Translations under genes and position numbers: made by a program
In this document: positions 18,342-32,265 of the stretch, one piece after another
Numbering within the stretch: position 1 is the stretch's first letter
How the letters are laid out: each line of letters starts with the position of its first letter
The notes under the pieces: generated by a model
Seen by the model: only the letters and a program-made list of their open reading frames with translations
Told to the model about the DNA's origin: nothing
Databases searched by the model: none
Source: an uncultured Candidatus Rokubacteria bacterium
Lineage (GTDB): Bacteria; Methylomirabilota; Methylomirabilia; Rokubacteriales; DASRDR01
Assembly (NCBI GenBank): GCA_963708025.1
Contig: CAVPSB010000031.1
Span: 224,001-288,000 of the forward strand
DNA: 64,000 nucleotides
Reading direction: 5' to 3'

Positions 18342-21300
18342 TCAGTTCACTGCCTGGATCACCCAGCCGCTCGCGGTCTTCTTCAGCTTGAAGACGAAGG
18401 GCGCCTCGTTCTGGACCGGGCGGCCCTCCTTCGGCACGAACACGTCCAGCCGCCGGCCCTTGGCCTGGGCCTCGTCGCCGTTCACCTCGATGCTGTCGAT
18501 CTTGAGGTCGACCGTCTGGCTCTTGCTCTGCTCGAACGACGCGCGGACCCGTCGCAGCTCGGCGTCCGACAGGTTCGGACGGACCTGCTGGAAGAGTCCC
18601 ACGTCCTTGTTCTCGATGGCCCGCTTGTACGTGTCGAGGGTGGCCCGGATCTCGTTCCGCGGATCGGCCGCCGGGGGGCGCGGCTGGGTTGTCGGCACCG
18701 CCGCCTTCGCGAAGAGCCCCTGGCCCGTGGAATAGTGGCCCGTGGCCTCCTTGAAGGCGAGCTTCTGGTAGCTGCTGTCGCCCTGCTGCTCGGCGGTGAG
18801 CCCCGCCCTGAACTCGGTGGCGTCGGACCGCGCCTTCTGCTTCTCGGCCTGCATCCGGCCTCGGGCCTGATCCGCCTCGGCCCGGTCCTGGCGCAGTACC
18901 TGCGCCCGGCGGGTCGCCTCGCCGTACCGCTGGGTGGCGTCCTGGTAGGCGGCCGTGGCCTGGGCGACCTGCGGACCCCTCGCGAGCCCGTCGGCCTCGG
19001 CCTCCTTGGTGCGCCCCGCCTCGAACACGTCCCTCACGAGCTTGTCGGCCTCACCCTTGAGCGCCTGGTCGCGTCCCGCGATCGCGGCCCCCCGAGCCCG
19101 GTCCAGATCCTGCTTGAGGGAAGCCTGCCGGCCCGCCTCCTCCTGCTGCTGTCTCTGGAGGGCGGCCACGCGCTGGCGCTCGGCGTCGGCGGCGGCCTTC
19201 TGGCGCTCGGCCTCCAGGCGCTGGCGCTCGGCGTCGGCGGCGGCCTTCTGGCGCTCGGCCTCCAGGCGCTGGCGCTCGGCGTCGGCGGCGGCCTTCTGAC
19301 GCTCGGCCTCCAGGCGCTGGCGCTCGGCGTCGGCGGCGGCCTTCTGGCGCTCGGCCTCCAGGCGCTGGCGCTCGGCGTCGGCGGCGGCCTTCTGGCGCTC
19401 GGCCTCCAGGCGCTGGCGCTCGGCGTCGGCGGCGGCCTTCTGGCGCTCGGCCTCCAGGCGCTGGCGCTCGGCGTCGGCGGCGGCCTTCTGGCGCTCGGCC
19501 TCCAGGCGCTGGCGCTCGGCGTCGGCGGCAGCCTTCTGGCGCTCGGCGTCGGCGCCCTTCACGGCCTCCTGGCGGGCCCGATCGAACTCCTGCTGCGCTT
19601 CCTTGAACCGCTGGGTCGCGGCGGCGTATTGACCGCGACCGAGCGCGGCCTGCCCGTCGGAGTCCTTCGCGAGGGCATCCTGATAGAGCTTGCCCGCGTA
19701 GCGTCTGGCGTCGGCCTGCTCGGCCTGGGTCCGGGCCTGGGCGGTCACGGTCCGGGACTGCTCGGCCTCGCGCTTTTCAGCCTCGGCGCCCCTCACGGCG
19801 TCCGAGCGGGCCCTCTCGTACTCCTGCTGGGCGTCCTTGAACCGTTGGGTGGCGGCCGTGTACTGGCCCTGCCCGAGCGCCGCCTGGCCTTCGGACTCCT
19901 TGGCGAGCGCGTCCTGGTAGAGCTTGGCGGCGTAGCGCTTGACGTCGGCCTGTTCGGCCTGCGTCCGCGTCTGGGTCATCTGGGTCCGGGCGGCCTCGGC
20001 CTCGCGCTGCCGCTGGGCCTGCAGCTCGGCCTCGCGCTGGGCGGCCTCCGCCCCCTTCATGGCCTCCAGCCGCGCCTTCTCGTACTCGTCGCCGGCCTCC
20101 CGGAAGCGGCGCTGGGCGCCCGGGTAGTCCTGGGCCTTGAGCGCGCTCTGTCCCTCCTTCTCCCTTTCTTGCGCGAGCGCGAAGAGCTTCAGCGCAAAGC
20201 GCTGCGCCCCGGCCTGCTCCGCCTTGCCGCGGGCGTCGGTGGCCTTGGCCGCGAGCTGCTCGGTCGCCTGCAGATCGCGTCGGAGAGCTTCGAACTTCTC
20301 CTGGTCCTCCCGGTTCTTCGCCAGCTGCTTCGCGGCCTCGGCCTCGGCCGTCTTGTAGGCTTGCTCCGCGTCCTTGTAGAGCGCCGTCGCCTTGACGTAG
20401 CCGAGCTGCTTCAGCGCGTCGTCGGCGCTCCTCTCGACCTCGGTGGCCTTGATCCACAGCGGCGCGGCGAGCTTCAACGCCTCGGCCAGCTCGGCCCGGC
20501 GCCGGGCCTGGGCCGCCTGCTCCTGGAACGGCCGCACCTTCGCGAGCTCCGTGAGCTGGTCGATCTGCTTCCGCGCCTCGACGGCGGCCGTCTGGTAGCG
20601 CTGCTGCGCCTCGCCGTACCCGGCCTGCGCCCGGGCGAAGTCCTGCTTGCCCAGCGCCACCTCCGCCTCGCGCTCCTTGTCGAGCGCCACCCGCCACGAC
20701 TCGGAGGCCAGCCGCTCCGCCGCGATCTTCTGCGCGTCCTCGCGCGCCTGCAGCATCGCCTTTCGGAGCTCCTCGGCCTTGACGCGCTCGGGCGGGACCA
20801 CGGGTGGCGTGGACTGGCCGGGCGTCGGAGTCTGAACGGGGGCTGGGGTAGGCTGTGGCAAGTCCGCCTTCTTCTCGGGCTGGGGGGTCGGCGAGGGCCA
20901 CATCGTGTATACCGCGCCGCCGGCGACGGCGAGGACGACGACCGCCGCGATGGCGATCCGGGACGGCCCGAAGCCTCCGCGTCGCTCGGACAAGCTCGTC
21001 GGTGGCGGACGGGATCGCGATCGGGCGCGTAGCCGTCCGCTGGACCGGGGCCGGCCGGGTGGCGGTACCCGTCTTGACGGCGGTTTCCAGGTCCTCGGAG
21101 CTCGGGGTGTCGGGCACCGGCATCCCGGCCTGGCGGGTCCGCTCTCGGAGGTCGTCCCGAAGCCGGAGCGCGGCCGCATCGTCGGGCACCAGCCGGACAG
21201 CCTCTTCGGCCAGCTGAAGGGCCTTCGCCAGCTCGCCGTGAGCCGTGAGCTTCCGGGCGTTGTCCAGGAGCCCGCGGACCCGCTCCCGGGTCTTCCGGGC

Positions 21301-24003
21301 CTCCATCGACCGCTGGGCCTGGGATTCCAGTCGGGGCAGCTCGGGATGGCCCGGGACCAGCGCCCGCACCCGGGCCAGCGCTTCGAGCGCGCGGTCGGCC
21401 CGGCCCTCGCCCATCAGCCGCTGCGCGTCGGCCAGGGCGGCCCGGACCTCCTGCTGCTCGGTGGCCTGGCGGGCCGCCTGCTGGTACGCCTGCTCGGCGG
21501 CGCGGAAGCGGCTCTGGGCATCGACGAACACCGAGCGGCCGAACGAGGCCTCCCCCGCCTGCTCGGCCGCCTCGCCGTCGCCGAACGGGCCGGGGGCGCC
21601 CTGGCGGGCTCCGGCCTCCTCGGCCGCGGCCCGCGCGGCCGCCGCCGCCTGGCGGAGCCGGGTCGCCTCGGCCTGCTCCGCCTTCCGCCGGGCCTCGGCT
21701 TCGGCCGCCAGCCGCGCCTCCCGGGCCGTCTCGTCGTAAAGGCGCCGGGCCTCGTCGTAGAGCTGCTGCGCGGCGACCGGATCATTGCGGCCCAGCGCAC
21801 CCTGGGCGTCCGCTTCCTTGGCCTGGGCGGCCGCCCACTTCGGGGCGGCATAGGTGGATGGCTTCAGCGAGGCCGCCGCCTGTCGGGCCTGACCCACGTC
21901 GCGGCCGGCCTGCTCCGCCCGGGCCCGGACGTTCTGGCGCGCCGCGGCGGCTTGCCGTGCGGCCTCCTGATAGGTCTGCTCCGCGGTGGAGAAGCGGGTG
22001 AGGGCGTCGGCGAAGGCCTGCCGGCCGAGCGCCTCGGTGGCGCTCTTCTCGAGGGCCTCGGCCTTCCCGAAGGTCGCCCCGGCGAGCTGCGGCGCCCCGG
22101 CCTCCTCGGCGGCTCGGCGGGCGGCGAGGACGACCTGCCGGACCCGCTCGGCTTCCGCCTGGCTGGCCTTCCGCTGGGCCTCGGCCTCGGCCGCCACCCG
22201 GGCCTCCTGCGCCGCCTCGTCGTAGAGACGCCGGGCCTCGCCGAACAGCGTCCGGGCCGCGGGGAAATCGCCACGCCCCAGCGCGCTCTGGCCGCCGGCT
22301 TCCTTGGCCTGGGCGGTGGTCCACTTGGCAGCCGCCGACGTGGACGCCTGGACCCGGCTGGCGGCCTGGCGCGCCGCGCCCGCCTCCCGGCTCGCCGCCT
22401 CGGCCTGGGCCCGGGCCGCCTGGAGCGTCTGCGCCTGGTCCTGCGCGCCGGCCGCCGCGCGCTCGTAGGCCTGCCGGGCCTCCTGGAAGCGGGTCGCCGC
22501 CGTGCCGAAGGCGCGCTGGCCGATCGCCCGTTCCCCCTCGGCGGCCTTCGCCTCGGCCTCGTTCCAGATCGCCGCCGCCAGCCGGGCCGCGTCGGCCTCC
22601 TCGGCCGCCCGCCGCGCCGCCTGCATCGGCCCCCGGGCCTGCTCGGCAGCGGCCTGGGCGCGCTGGGCGTTCTCCGCGGCCTGGCGGAGCTGCGTCGCCG
22701 CCGGCGCCGCCGCGGCGGCGGCCGAGAGGCCGGCGAGCTGGTTCAGGAGCTGGAGGCACCGGGCGTGGTCGGACTGTCCCTGCGCCGCCTTCGCCTCGGA
22801 TAGGAGTCGGTCAACCTCGGCCTGGTGCGCGCGGGCCCGCCGCAAGCCTTCCTGGGCCGCCTGGTGATCCGGTCGCTGCTTGAGCGCCTGCTCGTACTCC
22901 CGGATGGCCGCCGCGACGTCGCCCTGGGCCAGGAGCTGGTCCGCCCGGGTCAGGGCCGGGGCCGGCTGCGCCGTCTCCGACTGCTCGACGCGGGCGCGCA
23001 GGGCGGCGATCTGCTCGGTGAGCTGGCGCTCGAGCGCGCGGAGGTCGCCCATCCCGACGCGCTCGTCCAGCACCGGCATCGTCTCGTCATCGAGCGCGCC
23101 GCCGCCGGACGTCTGGAGCTTCCGGTGCAGCTCGCGGAGCTGGTCGATCAGGCCCCGGACGTGGGCGTGCGTCCGCTCGGTCTCGTCGGTGATCTTCCGG
23201 CGAACCTGCTCCAGCTTCGCCCGCATCTGCCCCAGGTCCGGGAAGCGCTGGGCCGGATCCTTGCGCAGGGCCCTCTCGATGGTGGTGGCCAGGTCCGCGG
23301 GGATCGAGGGGTCGACCTGGGCCAGCGCGGGCGGGTCCTCCGACCGGAGCTTCTCGAGCGTCTCCATCGGATCATCGGCATCGAAGGCCGGCCGATAGGT
23401 CAGGAGCTCGTAGAAGACCGCTCCTGCCGAGAACTGGTCCGAGCGCTGGTCCACGCGGCCCCGCGCCTGCTCGGGCGACATGTAGCGGAGGGTGCCCATG
23501 ATCAGGCCGGTTCGCGTGAGCCCGGAGTCGGTGGTGGCGATGCGGGCGATGCCGAAGTCGAGGATCTTCACCTGCCCGTTGCGCAGGACGAAGATGTTCC
23601 CCGGCTTGACGTCGCGGTGGATGATCCCGTTCTGATGGGCGTAGTGGAGCCCGTCGCAGACCTGGACCATCAGGGCCAGCTTGTCCTCGAGCGGGACCTT
23701 GCGGCGCTGGCTGATGAGGAGCTTGAGCTCCTCGCCGTCGAGGAACTCCATGACGATGAAGAGGCGACCCTCGTCCTCGCCCAGGTCGTGGACGACGACG
23801 ACGTTCGGGTGGTTGAGGCGGGCGCAGGCCTGGGCTTCCCGGTAGAATCGGGTCTTCAGCTCGTCGGTGATCTCCGCTTCGCTCGAGATCACCTTGAGCG
23901 CGACGAGCCGATCGAGGATCGGGTCGTGGGCCTTGTAGACGGTGCCCATCCCGCCGCGGCCGATGCGCTCGATGATCCGGTACTTCCCGATCTTCTCGAT
24001 CAT
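18342..24003 (-). CDS. Giant membrane Ser/Thr protein kinase (~1,890 aa): kinase, helical repeats, TM, helical repeats, NTF2-like C-terminal domain; frameshift near 21000
   Basis: IGRGGMG, VALK, HRDVKPGN, DFG and YMSPE motifs from the ATG at 24003. The ORF-track 19777..24054 frame becomes non-protein-like at ~21000, where the 18342..21179 frame gives a TM helix (IAIAAVVVLAVAGGAVY) and the remainder. Confidence 0.85.
19170..19547 (-). repeat. Coding tandem repeat, 48 bp x ~7.9 (AERQKAAADAERQRLE)
   Basis: Units start at 19170, 19218, 19266, 19314, 19362, 19410, 19458 and 19506 (partial); nearly identical DNA. Confidence 0.95.
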
Positions 24004-24276
24004 GGGCCCGCGTCGATCCGGGACCCCGGGACGCGGCGACGGCGCGTTCCACACTGCGCGAAGCCGCGGGGGTCAACTCGGCTATCCGTGACCATGTTCA
24101 CCGGTCCGTCCTGAGACAGCAACAGTTGGGTCATGGCATTCGGCGTGCGGCCGCCGGCCGATGTCCCGTCTGGCCGAGCGATACATGATGCTCGCACTCC
24201 CCGGAGCAGAACCGTGCGCTAATTCTGTCATGCCGGCCGATGGAGAGTCAACGCGTCCGAGCCCGCGCCCGAGCCC

Positions 24277-24305
24277 TTGACAAGGGCTGCCGCGATCCGT
24301 AGAGT
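24277..24305 (+). promoter_or_regulatory. Putative pyr operon promoter
   Basis: TTGACA-N17-TAGAGT directly upstream of the PyrR-binding hairpin. Confidence 0.7.
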
Positions 24306-24317
24306 GACGCTCGATGG

Positions 24318-25124
<807 letters not shown>

Positions 25125-25137
25125 AAGGGGGGACCGC

Positions 25138-26070
25138 ATGGGACTCAAGCGGAAGGACCTCCTGGAGATCCGGACCCTGGACGCGGCCGAGATCCAGACG
25201 ATCCTCGACACGGCGGCGTCCATGAAGGAGATCGCCAGCCGCGAGATCAAGAAGGTTCCGGCCCTCCGCGGGAAGACCGTGGTCAACCTGTTCCTCGAGC
25301 CCTCGACCCGGACGCGGACCTCGTTCGAGATCGCCGGCAAGTGGCTGTCCGCCGACGTCATCAACGTCTCGGGCTCCTCCTCGAGCGTCGTCAAGGGCGA
25401 GACGCTCATCGACACCGCGAAGAATCTCGAGGCGATGAGCCCCGACTGCGTCGTGATCCGCCACTCGGCCTCCGGCGCGCCCCACATGCTGGCCCGGGCG
25501 CTCCGCTGCTCGATCATCAACGCCGGGGACGGCATGCACGAACATCCGACCCAGGCGCTCCTGGACCTCCTGACGATCCGGGAGAAGCGCGGGCACCTCG
25601 ACGGGCTGTCGGTGGCCATCGTGGGGGACATCGCCCACAGCCGGGTGGCGCGCTCGAACATCGCCGGAATGCGGAAGATGGGGATGAGCGTGACGGTCGC
25701 CGGGCCGCCGACCCTGATCCCGACGGGCGTCGAGGAGCTGGGGGTGAAGGTCGCCTACCGGCTGGAGGACGCAATCCGGGACGTGGACGTCATCATGATG
25801 CTCCGTCTCCAGCAGGAGCGGATGACCGCCAACTACATCCCGTCGCTCCGCGAGTATTCCCGCCTGTACGGGCTCTCGCTCGACAAGCTCCGGGGAGCCC
25901 GCGACGACGTGCTGATCATGCACCCGGGCCCCGTCCACCGGGGCATCGAGATGGCGCCCGAGGTCGCCGACGGCCCCTACTCGGTGATCCTGGAGCAGGT
26001 GTCGAACGGCGTCGCGGTGCGCATGGCGCTCTTGTTCCTGCTGCTCGGCGGCAAGCCGGCCGAAGGGTAG
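25138..26070 (+). CDS. pyrB: Aspartate carbamoyltransferase
   Basis: [21 protein letters not shown] and HPGP motifs. Confidence 0.96.
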   Translation: MGLKRKDLLEIRTLDAAEIQTILDTAASMKEIASREIKKVPALRGKTVVNLFLEPSTRTRTSFEIAGKWLSADVINVSGSSSSVVKGETLIDTAKNLEAMSPDCVVIRHSASGAPHMLARALRCSIINAGDGMHEHPTQALLDLLTIREKRGHLDGLSVAIVGDIAHSRVARSNIAGMRKMGMSVTVAGPPTLIPTGVEELGVKVAYRLEDAIRDVDVIMMLRLQQERMTANYIPSLREYSRLYGLSLDKLRGARDDVLIMHPGPVHRGIEMAPEVADGPYSVILEQVSNGVAVRMALLFLLLGGKPAEG

Positions 26071-26089
26071 CGGGCGGGGCCGATGAGCG

Positions 26090-26179
26090 TCGCATCGCGT
26101 CGTCCTCGGTCGTCGCCGATCCTCGGCGTACTAGGAGTACGCCTCCGGTCGGCGACTCCCTGCGTCCTAGCGCTGCTCG
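26090..26179. repeat. 90-bp palindromic intergenic repeat (family B), copy 1
   Basis: 88/90 identical to 39451-39540; nested GTCGCCGA..GGCGTACT/AGTACGCC..TCGGCGAC stem. Confidence 0.85.
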
Positions 26180-26333
26180 CTCCTCGACCCCGCCCCCGAG
26201 CGCTTGACTCATCTGCCATGACTTTGACACACGGGTCTGCCTTGGTCGGCGGCCTTCGGCCTGTGGGGGCTGCTCGGGTCTCGGCCCGGCGCGAAGGCCA
26301 TGTCCAACGCGTAGAGCAGTGGAGCGTGATGCG

Positions 26334-27638
26334 ATGAATCTGCTGGTCAGGAATGGTCGAGTGATCGATCCAGCCAACGGGCTCGACGGCCCCGCCGATG
26401 TCCTGATCCGGGACGGCGCGGTCGAGCGCGTCGGGCCGAAGCTGGTCGCCCCCCCAGGGACGCCGACGATCGACGCGGCAGGGCGCGTGGTCGCGCCGGG
26501 GTTCATCGACATCCACGTCCATCTGCGCGAGCCCGGCTACGAGTACAAGGAGACGATCGCTACCGGAACGCGGGCGGCGGCGGCCGGTGGCTTCACCGCC
26601 GTGGCCTGCATGGCGAACACGAGCCCGGTCAACGACACGCGGGCCGTCACCGACTACATCGTCGCCCAGGCGCGCGCGGCGGGGGTGGTGCGCGTGTACC
26701 CGATCGGCGCCGTGACGCGGGGTCTCCGGGGAGCGGAGCTGGCCGAACTGGGCGAGCTGGCCGAGGCGGGCTGTGTGGCCTACTCCGACGACGGCCGTCC
26801 GGTCATGAACGCCGCCCTCCTCAGACGCGCCCTCGAGTACGCCCAGGCGTTCGGGAAGCCGATCATCTCCCACGCCGAGGACGCCCATCTCTCCGAGGGC
26901 GGCGTGATGCACGAGGGCTTCGTCTCGACGGACCTCGGGCTCCGTGGCGCCCCGTCGGCCGCCGAGGAGATCATGGTGGCGCGCGACATCGCGCTGGCCG
27001 AGCTGACCGGGCAGCGGGTCCACATCGCCCATGTTTCGACCGCCGGGGCGGTCCGGCTGATCCGGGAGGCCAAGGCGCGCGGGGTCCCGGTGACCGGCGA
27101 GGTGACGCCGCATCATCTCCTCCTGACCGACGAGGCCATGCGGAGCTACGACCCGAACGCGAAGATGGCGCCGCCGCTCAGGGGCAAGCGGGACGTGGAG
27201 GCCTGCCGGGAGGCGCTGGCGGACGGGACGCTGGATGCCATCGCGACGGACCACGCGCCCCACGCGCTCGCCGATAAGGAGGTCGAGCTGGACCACGCGG
27301 CCAACGGGATCGTCGGCCTCGAGACCGCGATCCCGCTCTGCCTGACGTACCTCGTGCGGGAGCGGGTCCTCGACCTGCCGGCCCTCGTTGCCCGGCTGAC
27401 AGCCGGGCCCGCCCGGGTCCTGGACCTGCCCGGCGGGACGCTCACGCCCGGGACGCCCGGCGACGTGACGATCCTCGACCTCGAGCGGGAACAGACGATC
27501 GATCCCGCCCGTTTCCACTCCAGGGGGCGCAACAGTCCGTTCGGCGGGTGGCGGTGCACCGGCGCCGCCTGGATGACGATCGTCGGCGGCCGGGTGGTGA
27601 TGCGGGAGGGCGTGCTGGAGGGAGTGGCCGAGCGATGA
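26334..27638 (+). CDS. pyrC: Dihydroorotase
   Basis: [28 protein letters not shown] and ATDHAPH motifs. Confidence 0.95.
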   Translation: MNLLVRNGRVIDPANGLDGPADVLIRDGAVERVGPKLVAPPGTPTIDAAGRVVAPGFIDIHVHLREPGYEYKETIATGTRAAAAGGFTAVACMANTSPVNDTRAVTDYIVAQARAAGVVRVYPIGAVTRGLRGAELAELGELAEAGCVAYSDDGRPVMNAALLRRALEYAQAFGKPIISHAEDAHLSEGGVMHEGFVSTDLGLRGAPSAAEEIMVARDIALAELTGQRVHIAHVSTAGAVRLIREAKARGVPVTGEVTPHHLLLTDEAMRSYDPNAKMAPPLRGKRDVEACREALADGTLDAIATDHAPHALADKEVELDHAANGIVGLETAIPLCLTYLVRERVLDLPALVARLTAGPARVLDLPGGTLTPGTPGDVTILDLEREQTIDPARFHSRGRNSPFGGWRCTGAAWMTIVGGRVVMREGVLEGVAER

Positions 27639-28771
27639 GCGGAGAAGCCCGGGCCGTGCTCGCCCTGGCCGACGGCCGGGTCTTCGAGGGCGAAGCGCTC
27701 GGGGCCCATGGGGAGGCGATCGGCGAGGTGGTCTTCAACACGGCGATGACCGGGTACCAGGAGGTCCTGACCGACCCCTCGTACAAGGGTCAGCTCGTCT
27801 GCATGACGGCGCCGCACATCGGGAACACCGGGGTCAATCCCGAGGACGTCGAGTCCGACCGGCCCTGGGTGGAGGGCTTCATCGTCCGCGAGGCCTCGCC
27901 AGTCGCCTCGTCGTGGCGGGCGACCGCGACGCTCGGCAGCTACCTGGCCGCCCACGGCATCGTGGGCATCCACGGCATCGACACCCGGGCCCTCACGCGG
28001 CACATCCGGGACCACGGCGCCCAGGAGGGCGTCATCTCGACGCGGGACCTGGACGCGCGGAGCCTGGTGGCGAAGGCCCAGGCCTCGCCCGGGCTCATCG
28101 GTCGCGACCTGGTGAAGGAGGTCACGTCCCCGGACCCTTACGCGTGGACCGAGTCGGTCTGGCGCCACGGGCAGGGCTACGGAGCGGGCGCCGAGGCCCG
28201 CTATCACGTCGTGGCGTACGACTCCGGGGTGAAGCGCAATATCCTGCGCGAGCTGGTCGCCCTCGGCTGCCGGGTCACGGTGCTGCCGGCCTTCGCGACC
28301 GCCGAGGACGCCCTCGCCCGCGAGCCGGATGGGATCTTCCTCGCCAATGGTCCCGGCGATCCGGAAGGGGTCCCGTACCTGGCCGAGGCGGTGCGCCGCC
28401 TCCTCGGCCGGGTGCCGGTCTTCGGGATCTGCCTGGGGCACCAGATCCTGGCCCTGGCGCTGGGGGCCCGGACGTACAAGCTGCCGTTCGGCCACCACGG
28501 CGCCAACCACCCGGTGAAGGATCTGGTGTCGGGGCGGGTCGAGATCACCTCCCAGAACCACGGCTTCGCGGTGGACCTCGACTCCTGCGCCGCCCGGGGG
28601 CTGGAGCCCACCCACGTGAACCTCAACGATGGCACCTGCGAGGGCCTGCGGCACCGGAGCCTCCCGGTCTTCTCCGTGCAGTACCACCCGGAGGCCTCCC
28701 CGGGGCCGCACGACGCGCACTACCTGTTCCGCCGCTTCATCGAGTCCATGGACCAATCGGGAGGCAGGTGA
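27635..28771 (+). CDS. carA: Carbamoyl-phosphate synthase small subunit
   Basis: [28 protein letters not shown] and [10 protein letters not shown] motifs. Confidence 0.96.
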   Translation: MSGEARAVLALADGRVFEGEALGAHGEAIGEVVFNTAMTGYQEVLTDPSYKGQLVCMTAPHIGNTGVNPEDVESDRPWVEGFIVREASPVASSWRATATLGSYLAAHGIVGIHGIDTRALTRHIRDHGAQEGVISTRDLDARSLVAKAQASPGLIGRDLVKEVTSPDPYAWTESVWRHGQGYGAGAEARYHVVAYDSGVKRNILRELVALGCRVTVLPAFATAEDALAREPDGIFLANGPGDPEGVPYLAEAVRRLLGRVPVFGICLGHQILALALGARTYKLPFGHHGANHPVKDLVSGRVEITSQNHGFAVDLDSCAARGLEPTHVNLNDGTCEGLRHRSLPVFSVQYHPEASPGPHDAHYLFRRFIESMDQSGGR

Positions 28772-28775
28772 GCCG

Positions 28776-29045
28776 ATGCCGCGTTACTTCATCGCCTATC
28801 GGAAGACCGAGGAGGCCGGGCAGAAGCCGGAGTGGGCCTCGTTCACGACGGAGTCCGACGCCGCGCTCGAGGCGCACGGGGTCCGGGAGCGCGTGGACAA
28901 GCGCCTCTCCGTGTTCGGCGAGAGGCTCGCCGGCTCCGGCGAGGTCCGCTGGCTGGGATCGAGCCGGCTGGTGGAGTTCCTCGTCAAGCGGGAGGAATCC
29001 TCCCCGGAGGTGTCGATCGTGTACGGCCTCCTGGAGGATCGCTGA
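28776..29045 (+). CDS. Small hypothetical protein (89 aa) between carA and carB
   Basis: Fills the gap neatly (4 bp after carA, 7 bp before carB) with host-like codon usage. Confidence 0.6.
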   Translation: MPRYFIAYRKTEEAGQKPEWASFTTESDAALEAHGVRERVDKRLSVFGERLAGSGEVRWLGSSRLVEFLVKREESSPEVSIVYGLLEDR

Positions 29046-29052
29046 AGGTCCG

Positions 29053-32000
29053 ATGCCGAAGCGGACGGACCTCCGGACAATCCTCCTGATCGGGTCGGGG
29101 CCGATCGTGATCGGCCAGGCCTGCGAGTTCGACTACGCCGGCACCCAGGCCGTCAAGGCCCTCCGCGAGGAGGGGTTCGAGGTGGTGCTGGTCAACTCGA
29201 ACCCGGCCACGATCATGACCGATCCCGAGATGGCGGACCGCACCTACGTCGAGCCGCTCACCGTCGAGGTGCTGGAGCGGATCATCGCGGCCGAGCGGCC
29301 GCAGGCGCTGCTGCCGACCCTCGGTGGCCAGACCGGGCTGAACCTGGCGGTGGCCCTGGCCGAGGCCGGGGTGCTCGAGCGCCACGGCGTCGAGCTGATC
29401 GGCGCCAAGCTCCCGGCGATCAAGAAGGCGGAGGACCGCGAGCTGTTCAAGGCCGCGATGGAGAAGATCGGTCTCAGCCTGCCCCGCTCGGGCCTGGCGC
29501 GCTCGGTCGAGGAGGCGCGCGACGCGGTGCGCGAGGTGGGGTACCCGGTCATCATCCGGCCCTCGTTCACGCTGGGCGGCGCCGGCGGCTCGGTCGCCTG
29601 GAACCCCGAGGAGCTGGAGGGCGCCGTGCGGTGGGGGCTCCAGCAGAGCCCGGTCGGCCAGGTGCTGGTGGAGGAGTCGGTCATCGGCTGGAAGGAGTTC
29701 GAGCTGGAGGTGATGCGCGACCTCGCCGACAACGTCGTCATCATCTGCTCCATCGAGAACGTCGACCCGATGGGCGTCCACACCGGCGACTCCATCACGG
29801 TGGCGCCGGCCCAGACGCTGACCGACAAGGAGTACCAGGCCATGCGCGACGCCGCCCTCGCGATCATCCGCGAGATCGGCGTCGAGACCGGCGGCTCCAA
29901 CATCCAGTTCGCGGTGAACCCGGCCGACGGCCGGATGGTCGTCATCGAGATGAACCCCCGGGTCTCCCGCTCGTCCGCGCTGGCCTCCAAGGCGACCGGC
30001 TTCCCGATCGCCAAGATCGCGGCCAAGCTCGCCGTCGGCTACACGCTCGACGAGCTACGGAACGACATCACCCGCGAGACGCCCGCCTCCTTCGAGCCGA
30101 CCATCGACTACTGCGTGGTCAAGATCCCCCGCTGGGCCTTCGAGAAGTTCCCCGAGGCGGACCAGCGCCTGACGACCCAGATGAAGTCGGTCGGCGAGGT
30201 CATGGCGATCGGGCGGACCTTCAAGGAGGCGCTCCAGAAGGCGCTCCGCTCGCTGGAGCAGGACCGGTACGGCTTCGGGCTCCCCGATCCGGCGCCGGAG
30301 CCGGAGGCGCTGCGGGACCGGCTGCGGGTGCCGAACGCCGAGCGCGTCGTCTACATCGCCGAGGCGTTCCGGGTCGGCATGGCCACCGAGGAGATCGCGG
30401 CGCTCACCCGGATCGACCCGTGGTTCCTCGTCCAGATCCGGGAGCTGGTCCAGTTCGAGGAAGCGTGGCGGACGGCGCCCGATCTGTCGGCGCCGGCCCT
30501 CCGCCGGGCCAAGCGGCTCGGCTTTGCCGACCGCCGGCTGGCCGAGCTCAGCGGGCGGACCGAAGGGGAGATCCGGCTGGTCCGCCAGGCGCACGGCATC
30601 CGCGCCACCTTCAAGATGGTCGACACCTGCGCGGCGGAGTTCGTCGCCTACACGCCCTACCTCTACTCCACCTACGAGGAGGAGGACGAGGCGCCGCGGA
30701 CCGACCGGCCGAAGGTGGTGATCCTCGGCTCGGGGCCGAACCGGATCGGCCAGGGCATCGAGTTCGACTACGCGTGTGTCCACGCCGCCTTCGCGCTCCG
30801 CGAGGCCGGGGTGGAAGCCATCATGGTCAACTGCAACCCGGAGACCGTCTCCACCGACTACGACACCTCCGACCGCCTCTACTTCGAGCCGCTGACGCTG
30901 GAGGACGTCCTGAACATCGTCGAGAGAGAGCGTCCCCTCGGGGTGGTCGTGCAGTTCGGTGGACAGACGCCGCTCAAGCTGGCGGTGCCGCTGGAGCGGG
31001 CCGGGGTCCGCATCCTCGGCACGCCACCCGACGCGATCGATCGGGCCGAGGACCGCCAGCGCTTCGCCGAGCTGCTCCGGACGCTTCAGTTGAACCAGCC
31101 GCCGAACGGGTCCGCCCGCACGGTGGACGAGGCGGCCCGGATTGCGGGAACGCTCGGCTACCCGGTGCTCGTGCGGCCCTCCTACGTCCTGGGCGGCCGG
31201 GCCATGGAGGTCGTCTACGAGGAGGAGCGGCTCCGGGCCTGGATGGTAGAGGCGACGCGGGTCGCACCCGAGCACCCGATCCTGATCGACAAGTTCCTGG
31301 AGGACGCCCTGGAGATCGACGTGGATGCCCTGGCCGACGGCCGGGACGTCCTGGTCGGCGGCGTCATGGAGCACATCGAGAAGGCCGGCATCCATTCCGG
31401 CGACTCGGCCTGCGCGCTGCCGCCGTACTCCATCGGGGACGACCAGGCCGAGCGGCTGCGGAGTCAGACGCGGGCCCTGGCCCTCGAGCTGGGCGTGGTG
31501 GGCCTGCTCAACATCCAGTTCGCCATCAAGGGGGAGACGATCTACGTCCTCGAGGTGAACCCCCGGGCCTCGCGGACGGTCCCGTTCGTGTCGAAGGCGA
31601 TCGGCCTCCCCCTGGCCAAGGTGGCGACCCGGCTCCTGCTGGGCGCGCGGCTGGCCGACCTGGGGCTGAGCGAGCCGCACGACCTGCCCCACGTCGCGGT
31701 GAAGGAGGCGGTGTTCCCCTTCGTGAAGTTCCCCGGCGTGGACGTGATCCTCGGTCCCGAGATGCGGTCGACCGGCGAGGTGATGGGACTCGACCGCGAG
31801 TTCCGGGTGGCCTATCTGAAGTCGCAGCTGGCCGCTGGCTCGCCGCTCCCGCGCGCCGGCAAGGTGTTCCTCTCGGTGCGGAACCGGGACAAGCGGGCCG
31901 TGGTCCCGATCGCCCGCAGCCTCTACGACGTGGGCTTCCAGCTCGTGGCGACCGGAGGGACGGCCAAGGTGCTGGAGCGCCACGGGATGCGGGTGATCCT

Positions 32001-32265
32001 GATCAACAAGGTCGCCGAGGGCTGGCGGCCCAACATCGTGGACCTGATGAAGCAGGGGGAGATCGGCCTGGTGATCAACACGCCCGAGGACGGGCGCGCC
32101 CGGCGCGACTCGTACCTGATCCGGCGCACCGCCGTCATGCAGAACATCCCGTACTACACGACGATCGAGGGGGCCCAGGCGGCGCTGGAGGCGATCGAGG
32201 CCCAGCGGACCGGGACGCTCGAGGTGAAGCCGCTGCAGGCGTACCACCAGGCGCTCATCCGATGA
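29053..32265 (+). CDS. carB: Carbamoyl-phosphate synthase large subunit
   Basis: [21 protein letters not shown] start, two ATP-grasp halves and an MGS domain. Confidence 0.97.
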   Translation: MPKRTDLRTILLIGSGPIVIGQACEFDYAGTQAVKALREEGFEVVLVNSNPATIMTDPEMADRTYVEPLTVEVLERIIAAERPQALLPTLGGQTGLNLAVALAEAGVLERHGVELIGAKLPAIKKAEDRELFKAAMEKIGLSLPRSGLARSVEEARDAVREVGYPVIIRPSFTLGGAGGSVAWNPEELEGAVRWGLQQSPVGQVLVEESVIGWKEFELEVMRDLADNVVIICSIENVDPMGVHTGDSITVAPAQTLTDKEYQAMRDAALAIIREIGVETGGSNIQFAVNPADGRMVVIEMNPRVSRSSALASKATGFPIAKIAAKLAVGYTLDELRNDITRETPASFEPTIDYCVVKIPRWAFEKFPEADQRLTTQMKSVGEVMAIGRTFKEALQKALRSLEQDRYGFGLPDPAPEPEALRDRLRVPNAERVVYIAEAFRVGMATEEIAALTRIDPWFLVQIRELVQFEEAWRTAPDLSAPALRRAKRLGFADRRLAELSGRTEGEIRLVRQAHGIRATFKMVDTCAAEFVAYTPYLYSTYEEEDEAPRTDRPKVVILGSGPNRIGQGIEFDYACVHAAFALREAGVEAIMVNCNPETVSTDYDTSDRLYFEPLTLEDVLNIVERERPLGVVVQFGGQTPLKLAVPLERAGVRILGTPPDAIDRAEDRQRFAELLRTLQLNQPPNGSARTVDEAARIAGTLGYPVLVRPSYVLGGRAMEVVYEEERLRAWMVEATRVAPEHPILIDKFLEDALEIDVDALADGRDVLVGGVMEHIEKAGIHSGDSACALPPYSIGDDQAERLRSQTRALALELGVVGLLNIQFAIKGETIYVLEVNPRASRTVPFVSKAIGLPLAKVATRLLLGARLADLGLSEPHDLPHVAVKEAVFPFVKFPGVDVILGPEMRSTGEVMGLDREFRVAYLKSQLAAGSPLPRAGKVFLSVRNRDKRAVVPIARSLYDVGFQLVATGGTAKVLERHGMRVILINKVAEGWRPNIVDLMKQGEIGLVINTPEDGRARRDSYLIRRTAVMQNIPYYTTIEGAQAALEAIEAQRTGTLEVKPLQAYHQALIR

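Noticed and set aside
25921-25945. PyrB HPGPVHRG (usually HPGPxNRG) as a functional change
   Set aside because: A single-base difference (GTCCAC versus GTCAAC) that cannot be told apart from sequencing error.
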